The notes: generated by a model not told the origin, from the letters alone. 64,000 bases of DNA from Candidatus Spongiisociaceae bacterium (GCA_965202665.1 OZ241841.1:384001-448000); one strand, 5' to 3'; counted from the first letter of the stretch, positions 49,773 to 60,952 are shown. Translations and numbers: made by a program.

Positions 49773-50977
49773 GGGCCCTCCTCCACCGGTACCCCCCCTT
49801 GGACGACGGTGCGGCTCGGCGACCACAACACCGATGCGTCGCGCCACGGGTCGCCGTCCAGAATCACCAGGTCGGCCGCGGCCCCTTCCCGTATGACGCC
49901 CAAATCGGGGCGGCCGATGATGGCCGCGTTCACCGAAGTGGCGGAGCGCAAAATGGCGTCCACCCCCTCCTCTTCCGACCGCAGTTGGAACTCCAGCAAC
50001 TGGTCTTCCTCCAAATCCCCCATCAGGTCGGTGCCCAGCCCGATTTCCACCCCGGCCGCCCGGGCGATTTTTATGGAATCCAATCCCGCCTCCAGCACCT
50101 CCTCGTTTTTGACGCGGGAAACTTCGGGCAGGCCCAGTTCCGAACCCCGCCGTTGCATGGCGCGGTAGGCGATGAGGGTGGGCACCAAAAACGCCCCCCG
50201 CTCGGCCATAAGTTCGGCGGTGTCCGCATCCAGCAGGTTGCCGTGTTCGATGGTGCGCACCCCGTTGACGACCGCGTGCGCGATCGCCTCCGGGGAGTAG
50301 GCGTGCGAAGCCACGTAGGAACCGCGGCGGGACGCCTCGTCCACCACCGCCCGCACCTCCCCCGCGGAGTACTGGGGGATGCGGATGGGGTCGGTGGGGG
50401 ACACCACCCCCCCGGAAGTGAAAATTTTGACGGCGTGGGCCCCGGTGCGCATCCGTTCCCGCACCGCCCGCCGCAGATTGTCCTCCCCGTCCACGATCTC
50501 CCCCATGTGCCCGCACCCGCAGGCGGTTTCCAGGTGGAGATGGCCGGGGCGGGGGTCGGCGTGGCCGCCGGTCTGGGTGAGGGCCCGTCCGGTGAAAAAG
50601 TAGCGGGGGCCGGAAAACACCCCTTCCCGCAGGGCCTTCTGCAAGCCGATGTCGCCGCCGGCCACGTCCCGCACGGTGGTGAAACCCCGCCGCAGGGCGC
50701 GGCGCAACCGGACGGAGGCTTTGGCGGTCACGTAACTGAGCGGTTGCGCCTCCAGTTCCAGCAGGTCCAAGCCGATCCCGTAGGCGTGGAAATGGCAGTC
50801 GATCAATCCGGGGACGACCGTCCGCCCGCCGGCGTCGATCACCCGCGCCTCCGCCGGGGGCGGGCCCTCCAAGCCGACGATCTTGCCGCCCGCGGCGTGC
50901 ACCGGATGCTCGGCCGGGGCGGCGGAGGCCCCGTCGAACACCAGGCCGTTGACGACGGACAGCGGCGGGCGGGTCAT
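49769..50977 (-). CDS. Metal-dependent amidohydrolase (Xaa-Pro dipeptidase/ochratoxinase-like)
   Basis: PGLIDCHFH, GFTTVRD, K..SGGV.S, HAY, IEHG, GTD. Confidence 0.9.
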   Translation of the reverse strand: MTRPPLSVVNGLVFDGASAAPAEHPVHAAGGKIVGLEGPPPAEARVIDAGGRTVVPGLIDCHFHAYGIGLDLLELEAQPLSYVTAKASVRLRRALRRGFTTVRDVAGGDIGLQKALREGVFSGPRYFFTGRALTQTGGHADPRPGHLHLETACGCGHMGEIVDGEDNLRRAVRERMRTGAHAVKIFTSGGVVSPTDPIRIPQYSAGEVRAVVDEASRRGSYVASHAYSPEAIAHAVVNGVRTIEHGNLLDADTAELMAERGAFLVPTLIAYRAMQRRGSELGLPEVSRVKNEEVLEAGLDSIKIARAAGVEIGLGTDLMGDLEEDQLLEFQLRSEEEGVDAILRSATSVNAAIIGRPDLGVIREGAAADLVILDGDPWRDASVLWSPSRTVVQGGVPVEEGP

Positions 50978-51993
50978 CGCCGCTTCTTTCCGGCGCTGAG
51001 GGCCACCGCGAACACGATGATGGCCCCGGTGGTCAGATCCTTGTAGAAGGGGTTGACGCTCAAAATGTTGAACCCGTTGTTGATGAGGGCCAGCAGCATC
51101 ACACCGGTGAAGGAGCGCCACACCGCCCCCTCCCCGCCGTAGATGCTGGTTCCGCCCAAGATGATGGCCGCTATGGCCTGCAATTCGAAGCCGATTCCCA
51201 GCTGGGCGGAACCGGTGGCCACCCGGGACACGGTGATCACCCCCGCCAACCCGGCCGCCAGCCCGCTCAGCATGAAAGTCAGCACCTGGATGCGGGCGTT
51301 GCGCACCCCGGACAGGGTGGCGGCCATCGGGTTGCCGCCCACCGCGAAAATATGCCGTCCGGCCACCGTCCGGTTCAGGAAAAAGGTGAGGAGGGCGAAC
51401 ACGGCCAGCAGGACGAAAACCACGTAGTTGATCCCCCAGACGCGGCCCCGTCCCAGGGCGGAGAAAGTTTCGTTGCCGGTCAGGGAAATCAGCGAACCGC
51501 CGGTGATGAGAATGGCCAACCCCCGATAGACCAGGCTGGTGGCCAACGTGGCCAAAAAGGAATGGACTTTCAAACCGGTGATGACCAGCCCGTTGACCAG
51601 GCCCAGGCCCAATCCGATGAGCGGTCCGATCAGGATGCCCAAAACTTCGTTTTCCAGGTTGAGTCCGATCCAGGCGGCCGCCACCCCCGCCACCGCGAAA
51701 ATGGATCCGGTGGAAAGATCGAAGCCGCCGGAGATGATCACCAACGTGCCCGCCATGGCGATGATGGCCAAAGGCGCGTTCTGGTTGAGGATGTTGAGCA
51801 AATTGCGGAAAGAAAGAAAAGAGTCGCTGGCGAAGATGAGGGTTACGAACAGGGCGGCGAACAGAAGCAACACCCCGTAGCGCCGAATCCATTCCAACAA
51901 ATTCTGTACATCGAACCCGCCAAAGGCGGGGCCGTCCCCCTCCCCGGCGGGGGCCGTATCGCGTCGCCCGGGCAGTTTGCCCATCCAACTCAT
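50974..51993 (-). CDS. Monosaccharide-type ABC transporter permease
   Basis: GGFDLS.GS, FAVGGN..AA.LSG, ELQAIAAIILGG. Confidence 0.92.
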   Translation of the reverse strand: MSWMGKLPGRRDTAPAGEGDGPAFGGFDVQNLLEWIRRYGVLLLFAALFVTLIFASDSFLSFRNLLNILNQNAPLAIIAMAGTLVIISGGFDLSTGSIFAVAGVAAAWIGLNLENEVLGILIGPLIGLGLGLVNGLVITGLKVHSFLATLATSLVYRGLAILITGGSLISLTGNETFSALGRGRVWGINYVVFVLLAVFALLTFFLNRTVAGRHIFAVGGNPMAATLSGVRNARIQVLTFMLSGLAAGLAGVITVSRVATGSAQLGIGFELQAIAAIILGGTSIYGGEGAVWRSFTGVMLLALINNGFNILSVNPFYKDLTTGAIIVFAVALSAGKKRR

Positions 51994-53501
51994 GCGGCCG
52001 ACCTCCCGGCGTTGAACAAGCCTTGCAGCACATCCCCCACCGAGGTTCGTTGCGAATCCATCTCGCCGATGATTCGCCCTTCGGACATTAGAAGGATGCG
52101 GTGCGACAAACGCACCACCTCCTCCAACTCGGAGGAGATGAGCAACACCGCGCTCCCCCCGGCGGCCACTTCCGCCACCGCGTCGTAGATGCTGCGTTTG
52201 GCCCCGATGTCCACCCCCCGGGTGGGCTCGTCCAACAGGATCACCTTCGGCTTCTGCAAAGTCCACTTGCCGAACAGGGACTTCTGCTGGTTGCCCCCCG
52301 AGTAGAACTGCAACTCCCCTTCCGGATCGGGGGGGACGATGTTTAAACGGGTGATGGTTTCCGCCACCGCCCGCCGTTCGTCGGCGCGGGACACCCGCCC
52401 CCCTTGGGCGAAGTTGCGCAGACGGGGCAGGGAAATGTTTTCCCGCACGTTTTGGGTCATCACCAACCCCAGATGGCGGCGATCTTCGGGGAGCATGACT
52501 ATTCCCCGGTCGATGGCGGTGCGGGGGCGCAGGGCGGGCATCTCCTCCCCGTCCAGCCGGATGAGGCCCGACAGGGCCGCGTCCGCCCCGAAGATGAGCC
52601 GGGCCACTTCGGTGCGTCCGCTGCCCACCAGCCCGGCCAAGGCCACGATCTCCCCTTCCCGGATGTTGAAACTGATGTACTTGGGAATTTCCCCGGTCAG
52701 CTCCTCCACTTCCAACACCACCGGGGCGTCTTCCGCCACCGGGGGAACCTCGGGGAAGGTGGCCTCAAAAGTCCGGCCCAGCATCCCTTCGATCAGGGAC
52801 TGCTTGGTCTCGGCGGCGGCCGGGGCGGTGCGGGTTATGACGCCGTCCCGCATGATGGTCACCGTGTCCGCCACTTCCAGCACATCCTCCAGGAAATGAC
52901 TGACGTAGACGATGGTGCGGCCTTCGGAACGCAAGCGGATCATTATCTCGTGCAACCGGTCGGTTTCGTCTTTGGTGAGGGAGGAGGTGGGTTCGTCCAT
53001 CACGATCATCCGGGCGCTGCGGGCCAAGGCGCGCAACACTTCCACCTTCTGTTGGTCGGCCAGTCGCAACTGCCCCACTTCCGCCTCCGGGGGGATGCCG
53101 AAACCCACTTCGGCTTCCAGTTCTTCGTAACGTTCCCGTTGGACGCCGGACAGCACCCCCATCCGCGACCGCTCGATCCCCAGGAAAACATTTTCGGCCA
53201 CCGAACGACGGGGAACCAGCGACAGCTCCTGCTGGATGGTGGCTATCCCGGCAGCCAGGGCGGCCGGCGGGTCCCATCTTCCCACCGGCCGGCCGTCCAA
53301 AAGCAAGGATCCCCGGTCGGGAATGTAGATTCCGCCGATGATTTTGCCCAAGGTGGATTTGCCAGCCCCGTTCTCCCCCACCAAGGCGTGAATCTCACCG
53401 GCTCCGATGCGCAGGTTAATGTCATCCAAGGCCTGGGTGGCGCCGAACCGTTTGGACACTCCCTCCAATGTCACCGTGGCGCCGAAAACCGCGGTCGTCA
53501 T
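51990..53501 (-). CDS. Monosaccharide-type ABC transporter ATPase (tandem domains)
   Basis: GENGAGKST, DEPT, SGGNQQK, DEPTRGVD. Confidence 0.95.
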   Translation of the reverse strand: MTTAVFGATVTLEGVSKRFGATQALDDINLRIGAGEIHALVGENGAGKSTLGKIIGGIYIPDRGSLLLDGRPVGRWDPPAALAAGIATIQQELSLVPRRSVAENVFLGIERSRMGVLSGVQRERYEELEAEVGFGIPPEAEVGQLRLADQQKVEVLRALARSARMIVMDEPTSSLTKDETDRLHEIMIRLRSEGRTIVYVSHFLEDVLEVADTVTIMRDGVITRTAPAAAETKQSLIEGMLGRTFEATFPEVPPVAEDAPVVLEVEELTGEIPKYISFNIREGEIVALAGLVGSGRTEVARLIFGADAALSGLIRLDGEEMPALRPRTAIDRGIVMLPEDRRHLGLVMTQNVRENISLPRLRNFAQGGRVSRADERRAVAETITRLNIVPPDPEGELQFYSGGNQQKSLFGKWTLQKPKVILLDEPTRGVDIGAKRSIYDAVAEVAAGGSAVLLISSELEEVVRLSHRILLMSEGRIIGEMDSQRTSVGDVLQGLFNAGRSAA

Positions 53502-53603
53502 GCTACCAGCCGACGGGTCAGGCAAGCGACGGCGGCGCGGTGCGGGACCGGACCAGCGGCCCCGCACCGTGCGCCCCCGTCATGGTTGAACCGGAAACTG
53601 GGT

Positions 53604-54707
53604 TTAGCCTTCCCACTCCGCCTTCCAGTCGGGATTGGCGGCCAGCACTTCGGCGGTGACGATGGACACGCCCAAGTCGTTGACCACGTTCACATCGTTG
53701 ACGTCCTCAAATCTCTCACCGCGGATCTTGGCGATCACGTTTTTGGCCGCCAAATAGCCTTCGGTCTCTGGGAAGAAGGCCATGGAGGCGTCCCACAGCC
53801 CGGAGTTGATTCCGTCGATGGCCACCTGCGAGGCCCCGCCCCCGGAGATCCACATCGGCTCGATGTCCACTCCGGCGTCCTGCAGGGCGACCACCGCCCC
53901 GGTCACGTGCTGGTCGGCGTTGGACAGCAACACTTCGAATTCGGGATTGGCCTGCAACAGGTCCTGCATGACGGTCAAGGACTGGTCCTGGGAATAGTTG
54001 CCTTCCCCGACGGCCAGGACCTCTATGTTGGACTCGGCGTCCAGCACCTCCCGGAAGGTCTGCAGACGCAGGTTGTCGAACGGGAACTGCAACTGCCCGA
54101 TCATGATGATCACCCGGCACGGGTCCTTGTCGGCGCAGAAGTCAACCACCAGATTGGCCGAATCGCGGGACGACACCGACACCTGGCCGGCGGAGGTGAT
54201 TAACCCCTCCACCTGCGGCTGTATGGAATCAAGGTCGGGACCGATGGGGAACAGGGAGGTGGCCACCGGACCTGCCGTCAACGCATCCGCAATCGCCGGG
54301 GCGATTCCCACCGGATCGTTGGGAACTATCACGTAGCCGTCGAACCGTCCGGAGGCAACCGCGTCCTCCACCTGGTTGAACTGCACCTCTGCGTTAAACT
54401 CGCCGTCCCACATCTCCGTGGTCACGTTACCCGCCTCTTCAGCCGCGCGTTGCACTCCCGTAAAGGTGGCTTGGTTGTAACCGTTCTGACTGGACGAGGC
54501 GAAGAAAACCAGCGAGAGTTCCTCGTCCATCATCTCGGTGGTGGTGGTCGCCGCCGCCGTAGTGGTAGGCGCCGCCGCCGTGGTAGTGGGCGCCGCCGTG
54601 GTAGTGGGCGCCGCCGTAGTAGTGGGCGCCGTGTCGTCGCCGCCGCAAGCGGCCGCCGCCAAGCCCAGGATCAGGCCCAAGCTCAGTAGTTTCCATCGTG
54701 TGCTCAT
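53604..54707 (-). CDS. ABC substrate-binding lipoprotein (RbsB-like)
   Basis: Lipobox AAAC, Thr-rich linker, type I periplasmic binding pattern. Confidence 0.9.
   Translation of the reverse strand: MSTRWKLLSLGLILGLAAAACGGDDTAPTTTAAPTTTAAPTTTAAAPTTTAAATTTTEMMDEELSLVFFASSSQNGYNQATFTGVQRAAEEAGNVTTEMWDGEFNAEVQFNQVEDAVASGRFDGYVIVPNDPVGIAPAIADALTAGPVATSLFPIGPDLDSIQPQVEGLITSAGQVSVSSRDSANLVVDFCADKDPCRVIIMIGQLQFPFDNLRLQTFREVLDAESNIEVLAVGEGNYSQDQSLTVMQDLLQANPEFEVLLSNADQHVTGAVVALQDAGVDIEPMWISGGGASQVAIDGINSGLWDASMAFFPETEGYLAAKNVIAKIRGERFEDVNDVNVVNDLGVSIVTAEVLAANPDWKAEWEG
54552..54632. repeat. About four 18/21-bp coding tandem repeats (APTTTA linker)
   Basis: GGCGCCGCCGT(G/A)GTAGTG units. Confidence 0.8.
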
Positions 54708-54842
54708 TTTCTTCCTCCTCCATCAGTTTCAACTCGGGCGGGAAGGTCTCTCTCGCGTCAACCGAGTCTTTTCTGATTTAAGCAAGACTTGATATTAGCC
54801 GAGCCGCCGCCCGCGCGCTACCCCGGATGGGGGATTAAAAAA

Positions 54843-56336
54843 TCAGTTGCCGGTTTTGGCTACTTCCGCTAGGAACTCGGCGTTGGATTTGGAGGTGCGC
54901 AGTTTGTCGATCAGCAACTCGATGGCCGCCCCCGGTTGCTCCAAAGCCAGCAGCACTTTGCGCAACTTCCACACATGCTTCAACTCGTTCGGTTCGAACA
55001 GCAACTCCTCGCGGCGGGTGCCGGAGGAGGCGATGTCGATGGCCGGGTAAACCCGCTTGTCGGCCAGTTTGCGGTCCAGGCGCAACTCCATGTTGCCGGT
55101 GCCTTTGAACTCTTCGAAGATCACCTCGTCCATCTTGGAGCCGGTTTCCACCAGGGCGGTGCCGATGATGGTCAGGCTGCCCCCTTCTTCGATGTTGCGG
55201 GCCGCCCCGAAGAACCGCTTGGGCGGGTAGAGGGCGGTGGAATCCACCCCTCCGGACAGGATGCGCCCCGAGGCGGGGGCGGCCAGGTTGTGGGCCCGGG
55301 CCAGCCGGGTGATGGAATCCAGCAGGATCACCACGTCGGTGCCCATCTCCACCTTTCGCTTGGCCCGTTCGATGGCCAGCTCCGAAACCTGGGTGTGCTC
55401 CTCGGCGGGGCGGTCGAAGGTGGAGAAAATAACCTCTCCTTTGACCGACCGTTGCATGTCGGTCACTTCCTCCGGCCGTTCATCCACCAGCACCACCATC
55501 AGATGGCATTCCGGGTTGTTGGCGGTGATGGAGGCGGCGATGTCTTTGAGGACGGTGGTCTTGCCCGCCTTGGGGGGGGACACCACCAGGCCGCGTTGCC
55601 CTTTCCCGATGGGGGCGATGAGATCTATCACCCGGGCCAGGGTGTCGTCTTTGCGTCCGTCCACTTCCAAGCGCAGGCGCATGTCGGGGAACAGCGGCGT
55701 CAGTTCGGAGAACTTGGGGCGGCGGCGGGCGTCCTCCACCGTCATTTCATTGCTGGTCTCGATGCGGATCAGGGCCGGGAACTTCTCCTGGCTGCGGGGG
55801 GAGCGCACCGGGCCCCGGATCATGTCCCCTTTGCGCAGGCCGAACTTGCGAATCTGCCCGGCGGAAACGTACACATCCCGGTCGCCGGGCAGGTATCCGG
55901 TGCACCGCAGGAACCCGTAGCCTTCCGGCAGGGTGTCCAAAATGCCCTCCCGTTCCTCCAGCGGAACTTCGGGCCGCTGGTTGGGACGGGGCCGGCGGCG
56001 CCGGTCGTCCTGCTCCCGGAACTCGCGGGCCGGGCGCCGCTCCGGGCGTTCCAGGCGGCGGGCGGGCGGCTCCTCCGGCCCGCTTCGCTCCTCCTCCCAG
56101 TCGGGCGGGCCGTCGGGGGCCTCCGCCTGCCGGAGGTCCGTCCGCTCCTCGGTGACGGCAATGGCCGGACCGGGCAGGGAAGCCATCAAAGACCCCAGTT
56201 CTTCGGGGCTGACCGTGCTCATAATGGCCTCAATCAGTTTGGCTTTCTGCAGGCCGTTGGCTTCCACGCCCGCCTTGCGGGCCAGGCTCCGCAAATCCCG
56301 GACGGTTTTTGCTTGCAATTCCGATCTGAAGTTCAT
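54843..56336 (-). CDS. rho: Transcription termination factor Rho
   Basis: [34 protein letters not shown]. Confidence 0.98.
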   Translation of the reverse strand: MNFRSELQAKTVRDLRSLARKAGVEANGLQKAKLIEAIMSTVSPEELGSLMASLPGPAIAVTEERTDLRQAEAPDGPPDWEEERSGPEEPPARRLERPERRPAREFREQDDRRRRPRPNQRPEVPLEEREGILDTLPEGYGFLRCTGYLPGDRDVYVSAGQIRKFGLRKGDMIRGPVRSPRSQEKFPALIRIETSNEMTVEDARRRPKFSELTPLFPDMRLRLEVDGRKDDTLARVIDLIAPIGKGQRGLVVSPPKAGKTTVLKDIAASITANNPECHLMVVLVDERPEEVTDMQRSVKGEVIFSTFDRPAEEHTQVSELAIERAKRKVEMGTDVVILLDSITRLARAHNLAAPASGRILSGGVDSTALYPPKRFFGAARNIEEGGSLTIIGTALVETGSKMDEVIFEEFKGTGNMELRLDRKLADKRVYPAIDIASSGTRREELLFEPNELKHVWKLRKVLLALEQPGAAIELLIDKLRTSKSNAEFLAEVAKTGN

Positions 56337-56661
56337 CTGCTTATCCGCTCCTCGGTTGTGAATGTTGGTTTGATGTTCGCCGGCGCCGTTTGGTAAATCG
56401 GGGGTGGCGCCTGGAGTTGCGCCGGTGGCCCCCGGACATCGCATCGCGCTTCCCGCGGAACTTTGCCATCGCCGCCCGGCCTGATGCGGGGTCGGGTCCG
56501 ACCGCAACCGCTTGCGCGGGCCGCAATCGGGACATAATCGAACGCGATGAAAATCGCGGGATCAAAGCCGCCGAACTGACGGATGGCTTCAGGTTAGCCC
56601 ATCGCCCCCGCCCGTGCAACTCAAAACCGGGATGGCCGCCGCTCTCCGGCGGGCGGGCGGG

Positions 56662-58074
56662 CTATCCGGCCCGGGCCCCCACCTCCCGCAACACCTCCGT
56701 CAACTCCCCGAAGTCGGCCCGCAACGGCATCACCCGCTCCGGTAAATCCCCGATTCCGGACAGCCGTTCGGGGAGGGGCGGCTCCGTCCCCAGGGCCTCC
56801 CGCACCGCCTCCGGAAACTTGGCCGGGTGGGCGGTGCCCAGGCACACCACCGGGCCCTCCCCGCCCGACTCGCCCACCGCGTCGCGGGCGGCCCCCACCC
56901 CGATGGCGGTGTGCGGGTCCAGAATCGGACCGCCCGCCTGGTAGGTCTCGGCCATGATCCGCAACGTGTCCCGGTCGTCGTACCAGCGGGAAGCGAATCC
57001 GTTCAGCGCCTCCCCGCCCGGGGACCGCAACCGCCCGGCGGCCCGCAACTCCTCCATGGCCGCCCGCAACCGGGGGCCGTCCCCCCGGTACAGGTCGTAC
57101 AGCAGCCGCTCCAGGTTGGAGGGGATCTGAATGTCCATGGAGGGGCTGAGGGTGGGGACCACCTCCCCCAGGGTCAACATCCGTTCTCGAAAAAATCCGT
57201 CCAGGGACCGGTTGGAGTTGCTGCCCACGATCAGGCGGCGCACCTCCAGGCCCATCCGCCGCGCCGCGTAGCCGGAGTAGACATTGCCGAAGTTGCCGCT
57301 GGGGACCGCCAAAGTCAGCGGGGCGCCGACCCGCAGGGCGGCCCAGTAGTAGTAGGCCGCTTGGGCCAGCAGGCGGCCGAAGTTGATGGAGTTGGCGGTG
57401 GTCAGGTAATAAGCGTCCCGCAGATGCGGATCGGCCAGGGCCCGCTTGCACAGATCCTGGCAGTCGTCGAATGTTCCCTCCACCGCCACCGCATGCACGT
57501 TGGGCGAGGGGATGGTGGTCATCTGACGGCGCTGCACTTCGCTGGTCCGGCCCTGCGGGAACAGGATCACCACCTCCGTCCGTTCCCGGTCGCGGAAGGC
57601 TTCCATGGCGGCCGAACCGGTGTCCCCGGAGGTGGCCCCGATGATCGTCGCCCGGCCCCCCCGCTGTTGCAGGGCCCGGTCCATCAGGACGCCCAGCATC
57701 TGCAAGGCGAAGTCTTTGAAGGCCAATGTCGGCCCCCAGAACAACTCCATTAAATAGAAGGCCGGGGCGTCTTGCCGGTTGAACCGGGCGGGGAGGGGAA
57801 GGGGAACCAGGGGGGCGACCTGCGGATGGTCGAAACGGGCGTACACCCGGGCCGACTCCTCTTGCAACTGGTCGGGGTCCAGCAACTCCCCGGTGAAAGG
57901 TTCCATCACCCGCGCCGCCGCCTCCGCAAAATTCATATTTTCGTCCAGGTCGGATATCTCCAGGCGGGGCCATTGGACGGGAACGTACAGTCCGCCGTCG
58001 GGGGCCAAGCCGGTCAGGATGGCGGCGGGGACGTCCACCGGCGGGCAGCCGCCCCGGGTGGAAGCCAGCAACAT
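56662..58074 (-). CDS. thrC: Threonine synthase (long type)
   Basis: STRG, GLAPDGGL, GPTLAFKDFA, ATSGDTG, PSGNFGN, TAHPAKF. Confidence 0.95.
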   Translation of the reverse strand: MLLASTRGGCPPVDVPAAILTGLAPDGGLYVPVQWPRLEISDLDENMNFAEAAARVMEPFTGELLDPDQLQEESARVYARFDHPQVAPLVPLPLPARFNRQDAPAFYLMELFWGPTLAFKDFALQMLGVLMDRALQQRGGRATIIGATSGDTGSAAMEAFRDRERTEVVILFPQGRTSEVQRRQMTTIPSPNVHAVAVEGTFDDCQDLCKRALADPHLRDAYYLTTANSINFGRLLAQAAYYYWAALRVGAPLTLAVPSGNFGNVYSGYAARRMGLEVRRLIVGSNSNRSLDGFFRERMLTLGEVVPTLSPSMDIQIPSNLERLLYDLYRGDGPRLRAAMEELRAAGRLRSPGGEALNGFASRWYDDRDTLRIMAETYQAGGPILDPHTAIGVGAARDAVGESGGEGPVVCLGTAHPAKFPEAVREALGTEPPLPERLSGIGDLPERVMPLRADFGELTEVLREVGARAG

Positions 58075-58108
58075 GGCCCGCCCCCTTACCCGGAGGGGGG
58101 GCGGCCGG

Positions 58109-59392
58109 TCATGGACCGTCGCCGAGCACCCGCAGCACCGCCCCCACCTCCGACACCACATCCAGTTCCATAAGCGCGGAAGCCGCCGCCCGCAGGTCGC
58201 CCTCCCGGGTGTCGTGGGTTACCAGAATCAGGGTGGCCTCGTCCCCCCGTCCCTCCTGCCGCACCGACTTGATGGACACCTGATGCCGCCCGAAGCAGTC
58301 GGCGATTTTGGCCAGCACGCCGGGGCGGTCGGTGACCGTCATCCGCAGATACCATTTGGCCTCCGACTCGGAGGCGTCCCGCAGCCGGCCGGGGGCGAAG
58401 CGTATGCGGGACCTGACCTGGGTGCCGGAGAGGCGCTCCCGGGCCGACATGATCACATCCCCCAGCACGGCGGTGGCGGTGGGATCGCCGCCCGCCCCCG
58501 GGCCGGTGAAAAGCAACTCCCCCAGGGCCGGGCCGCTCACGAAGACCGCGTTGGCCGCGCCCCGCACCGAAGCCAGCGGATGGTCGGCGGGCACCAAAGC
58601 GGGGGCGACCAGAACCGACGCCCCGTCGGGGTGGTCTTCGGCCGCCGCCAGCAGTTTGATTTTGTAACCCAGGTCGCCCGCCAGCCGATGATCCAGCAGG
58701 GACAGGCCTTCTATGCCCTCCCGGCGCACCTGTTCACCGCCCACCCAGGTTCCGAAAGCCAGGCTGGCCAGGATGGCCGCTTTGGCGGCCGCATCCCCGC
58801 CCCCCACATCGGCCGTGGGATCCGCCTCCGCGTATCCGAGGGCCTGCGCCCCGGCCAAGGCCTCTTCGTAGGAGATGTCGTCCTCCACCATGCGGGTCAG
58901 GATGTAGTTGGTGGTCCCGTTGACGATGCCCAGCAGGGACGTGATCCTTTCGCCCGCCAGCGACTCGGAGAGGGGGCGGATGATGGGAATCCCCCCGCCC
59001 ACCGCCGCTTCGAACAGCAACGACACCCCGGCTTCTTCGGCCGCGGCCAGCAATTCGCTCCCCCGGGCCGCCACCAGTTCCTTGTTGGCGGTGACCACCG
59101 CCTTGCCGGAACGCAAAGCCCGCATGACCAGCGACCCGGCCGGTTCCAGGCCGCCCATCAGTTCGATGATGATGGCCGCCTGCGGGTCGCCCACCACCTC
59201 CTGCGGGCGGTCGGTGAGCAGTCCGGGGGGGATGTCCGCCGGGCGGGGTTTGCCCAAGTCGCGTACCGCCACCCCCCGCACCTCCAAATTGAGTCCGGTT
59301 TTGGCGGCCACCGCATCGGCTTCGGACACCAAGCGGCGGATGAGGGCCGCCCCCACGTTGCCCGCGCCCAAAACGCCCACTCCTATCCGCAT
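58109..59392 (-). CDS. hom: Homoserine dehydrogenase with ACT domain
   Basis: GAGNVG, VTANK, EAAVGGGIP, NGTTNYIL, D.PGVLA. Confidence 0.96.
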   Translation of the reverse strand: MRIGVGVLGAGNVGAALIRRLVSEADAVAAKTGLNLEVRGVAVRDLGKPRPADIPPGLLTDRPQEVVGDPQAAIIIELMGGLEPAGSLVMRALRSGKAVVTANKELVAARGSELLAAAEEAGVSLLFEAAVGGGIPIIRPLSESLAGERITSLLGIVNGTTNYILTRMVEDDISYEEALAGAQALGYAEADPTADVGGGDAAAKAAILASLAFGTWVGGEQVRREGIEGLSLLDHRLAGDLGYKIKLLAAAEDHPDGASVLVAPALVPADHPLASVRGAANAVFVSGPALGELLFTGPGAGGDPTATAVLGDVIMSARERLSGTQVRSRIRFAPGRLRDASESEAKWYLRMTVTDRPGVLAKIADCFGRHQVSIKSVRQEGRGDEATLILVTHDTREGDLRAAASALMELDVVSEVGAVLRVLGDGP

Positions 59393-60750
59393 TGTCCTCC
59401 CGTCGGTCGGCTGTCCGGTTCGTCCTCCGGCGACCAGGCGGGGGCGGCGCGCAGTCCGCGCTGTCCGCCCAGCAAATCGGCGGGGGATTCCCTGCAGACT
59501 ACCTCCCTCGCCTCCCCGTTTTTGACGAACAGTACCGGGGGGCGGGGCAGGGCGTTGTAGCGGGAGGACATGGAATAAGCGTAGGCCCCGGCGGCGGGCA
59601 TGGCCACCGTCCGTCCCGGCCCCATATCGGCGGGGAGCTCCGCCCCGTCCAGCAGCAGGTCCGATTCGCAACTGCGCCCGAACACTTGGAAGCGGGCGGT
59701 CTCCCCGCCCGGGGAGCGCACCGCGGGCAACAGTTCGTAACGGGAGCCGTAGAGGGCGGGGCGGGGGTTGTCGGTCATCCCCCCGTCCAAGGCCAGCATC
59801 TCCCCGCCTCCGGGCAGGGTTTTGCGCACCCCGGCGGTGTACAGCAGAACCCCGGCGTTGGCGACCAGCGACCGGCCCGGTTCCATCATTACGGTCACCG
59901 GCCCCAGGCGTTCTTCCGCCCGGCAGTCGGCCAAGGCGGCGGCGATGGCCCCGGCTGTTTGGCCGGGGGTCGGGAAAGGATCGGAGCGCAAGTAGGGGGC
60001 GGCCATCCCCCCGCCCACGTTGAGCAAAATGGGCTCCTCGCGGAAGGCCGGGCGATGGGCGGCGGCGAACTCCACTAGGGCGGAGACGATGGCCCCGTAG
60101 ACGGCCGGGTCGGCGATGTGGCTGCCGGCGTGCAGGTGCGCCCCCCGCAGGCGCAAGCCGGGGGCGTCCGCCAAACGGGAGGCCGCCTCCCCGGCTACGG
60201 CGGGGGGCATCCCGAATTTGGCGTCGGCGCCGCTGGTCAAAACTTTGCGATGGGTGCGCAGGCCGGTCTCCACGTTGAGCCGCACCATCACCGCGGCCGG
60301 CTCCGGGGATTGGGCGGTTTCGGCCAGCCGTCGCAGGCGCCCGGCCTCGTGGAGGGAGTCGACCGCGATGAGTCCCACCGACCCGTCGACCGCCAGCCGC
60401 AACTCCTCATCCGTTTTCAAATTGCCGTGCAGGAGCAATCTCCCGGCCGCCACCCCCCCGGAGCGGGCCAGGGCGACTTCCCCGGCCGAGGCGGCGTCCA
60501 CCCACCAGCCGGCCTCCGCCAGCAGCTCGGCCAGGGCGGTGCACATGAAAGCCTTGGAGGCGTAAACGGGGATCCCCCATCCGGCGAAGGCCTCGGTGAA
60601 TTCGGCCAGGCGGTTTTCCAGGTGGGCCAGGTCGTATACGTAGGCGGGGGTGCCGTAGCGGCGGGCCAGGTCGTCCAGCGGGACGCCGCCCATTTCCGCC
60701 CGGCCGTCGGTTTCGGTCCAAGTTTGGGGAAGCACGTCTTGCAGGGCCAT
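59383..60750 (-). CDS. lysA: Diaminopimelate decarboxylase
   Basis: YGTP.YVYD, YASKAF, KFG, H.GS, EPGRS, CES, GAY..SM.S.YN. Confidence 0.92.
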   Translation of the reverse strand: MALQDVLPQTWTETDGRAEMGGVPLDDLARRYGTPAYVYDLAHLENRLAEFTEAFAGWGIPVYASKAFMCTALAELLAEAGWWVDAASAGEVALARSGGVAAGRLLLHGNLKTDEELRLAVDGSVGLIAVDSLHEAGRLRRLAETAQSPEPAAVMVRLNVETGLRTHRKVLTSGADAKFGMPPAVAGEAASRLADAPGLRLRGAHLHAGSHIADPAVYGAIVSALVEFAAAHRPAFREEPILLNVGGGMAAPYLRSDPFPTPGQTAGAIAAALADCRAEERLGPVTVMMEPGRSLVANAGVLLYTAGVRKTLPGGGEMLALDGGMTDNPRPALYGSRYELLPAVRSPGGETARFQVFGRSCESDLLLDGAELPADMGPGRTVAMPAAGAYAYSMSSRYNALPRPPVLFVKNGEAREVVCRESPADLLGGQRGLRAAPAWSPEDEPDSRPTGGQCG

Positions 60751-60774
60751 CGGGAATCCAGGGTAGTGGGCGGG

Positions 60775-60846
<72 letters not shown>

Positions 60847-60898
60847 AACGGAGGGGCCGGGCCCCATCTTACCGGACCGCCCCCCTCTAAGGATAATT

Positions 60899-60952
60899 AA
60901 AAAAAGATGGCCGGGGCTGGTTCTAGGGGGAGAGAACCTTGTAGCCCCGGCC
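60899..60952 (-). terminator. Intrinsic terminator
   Basis: GGCCGGGGCT/AGCCCCGGCC 10-bp stem plus a 6-bp inner stem, then ATC-T7. Confidence 0.8.

Noticed and set aside
54552-54632. Short tandem repeats as CRISPR or a contingency locus
   Set aside because: In-frame low-complexity Ala/Pro/Thr lipoprotein linker.
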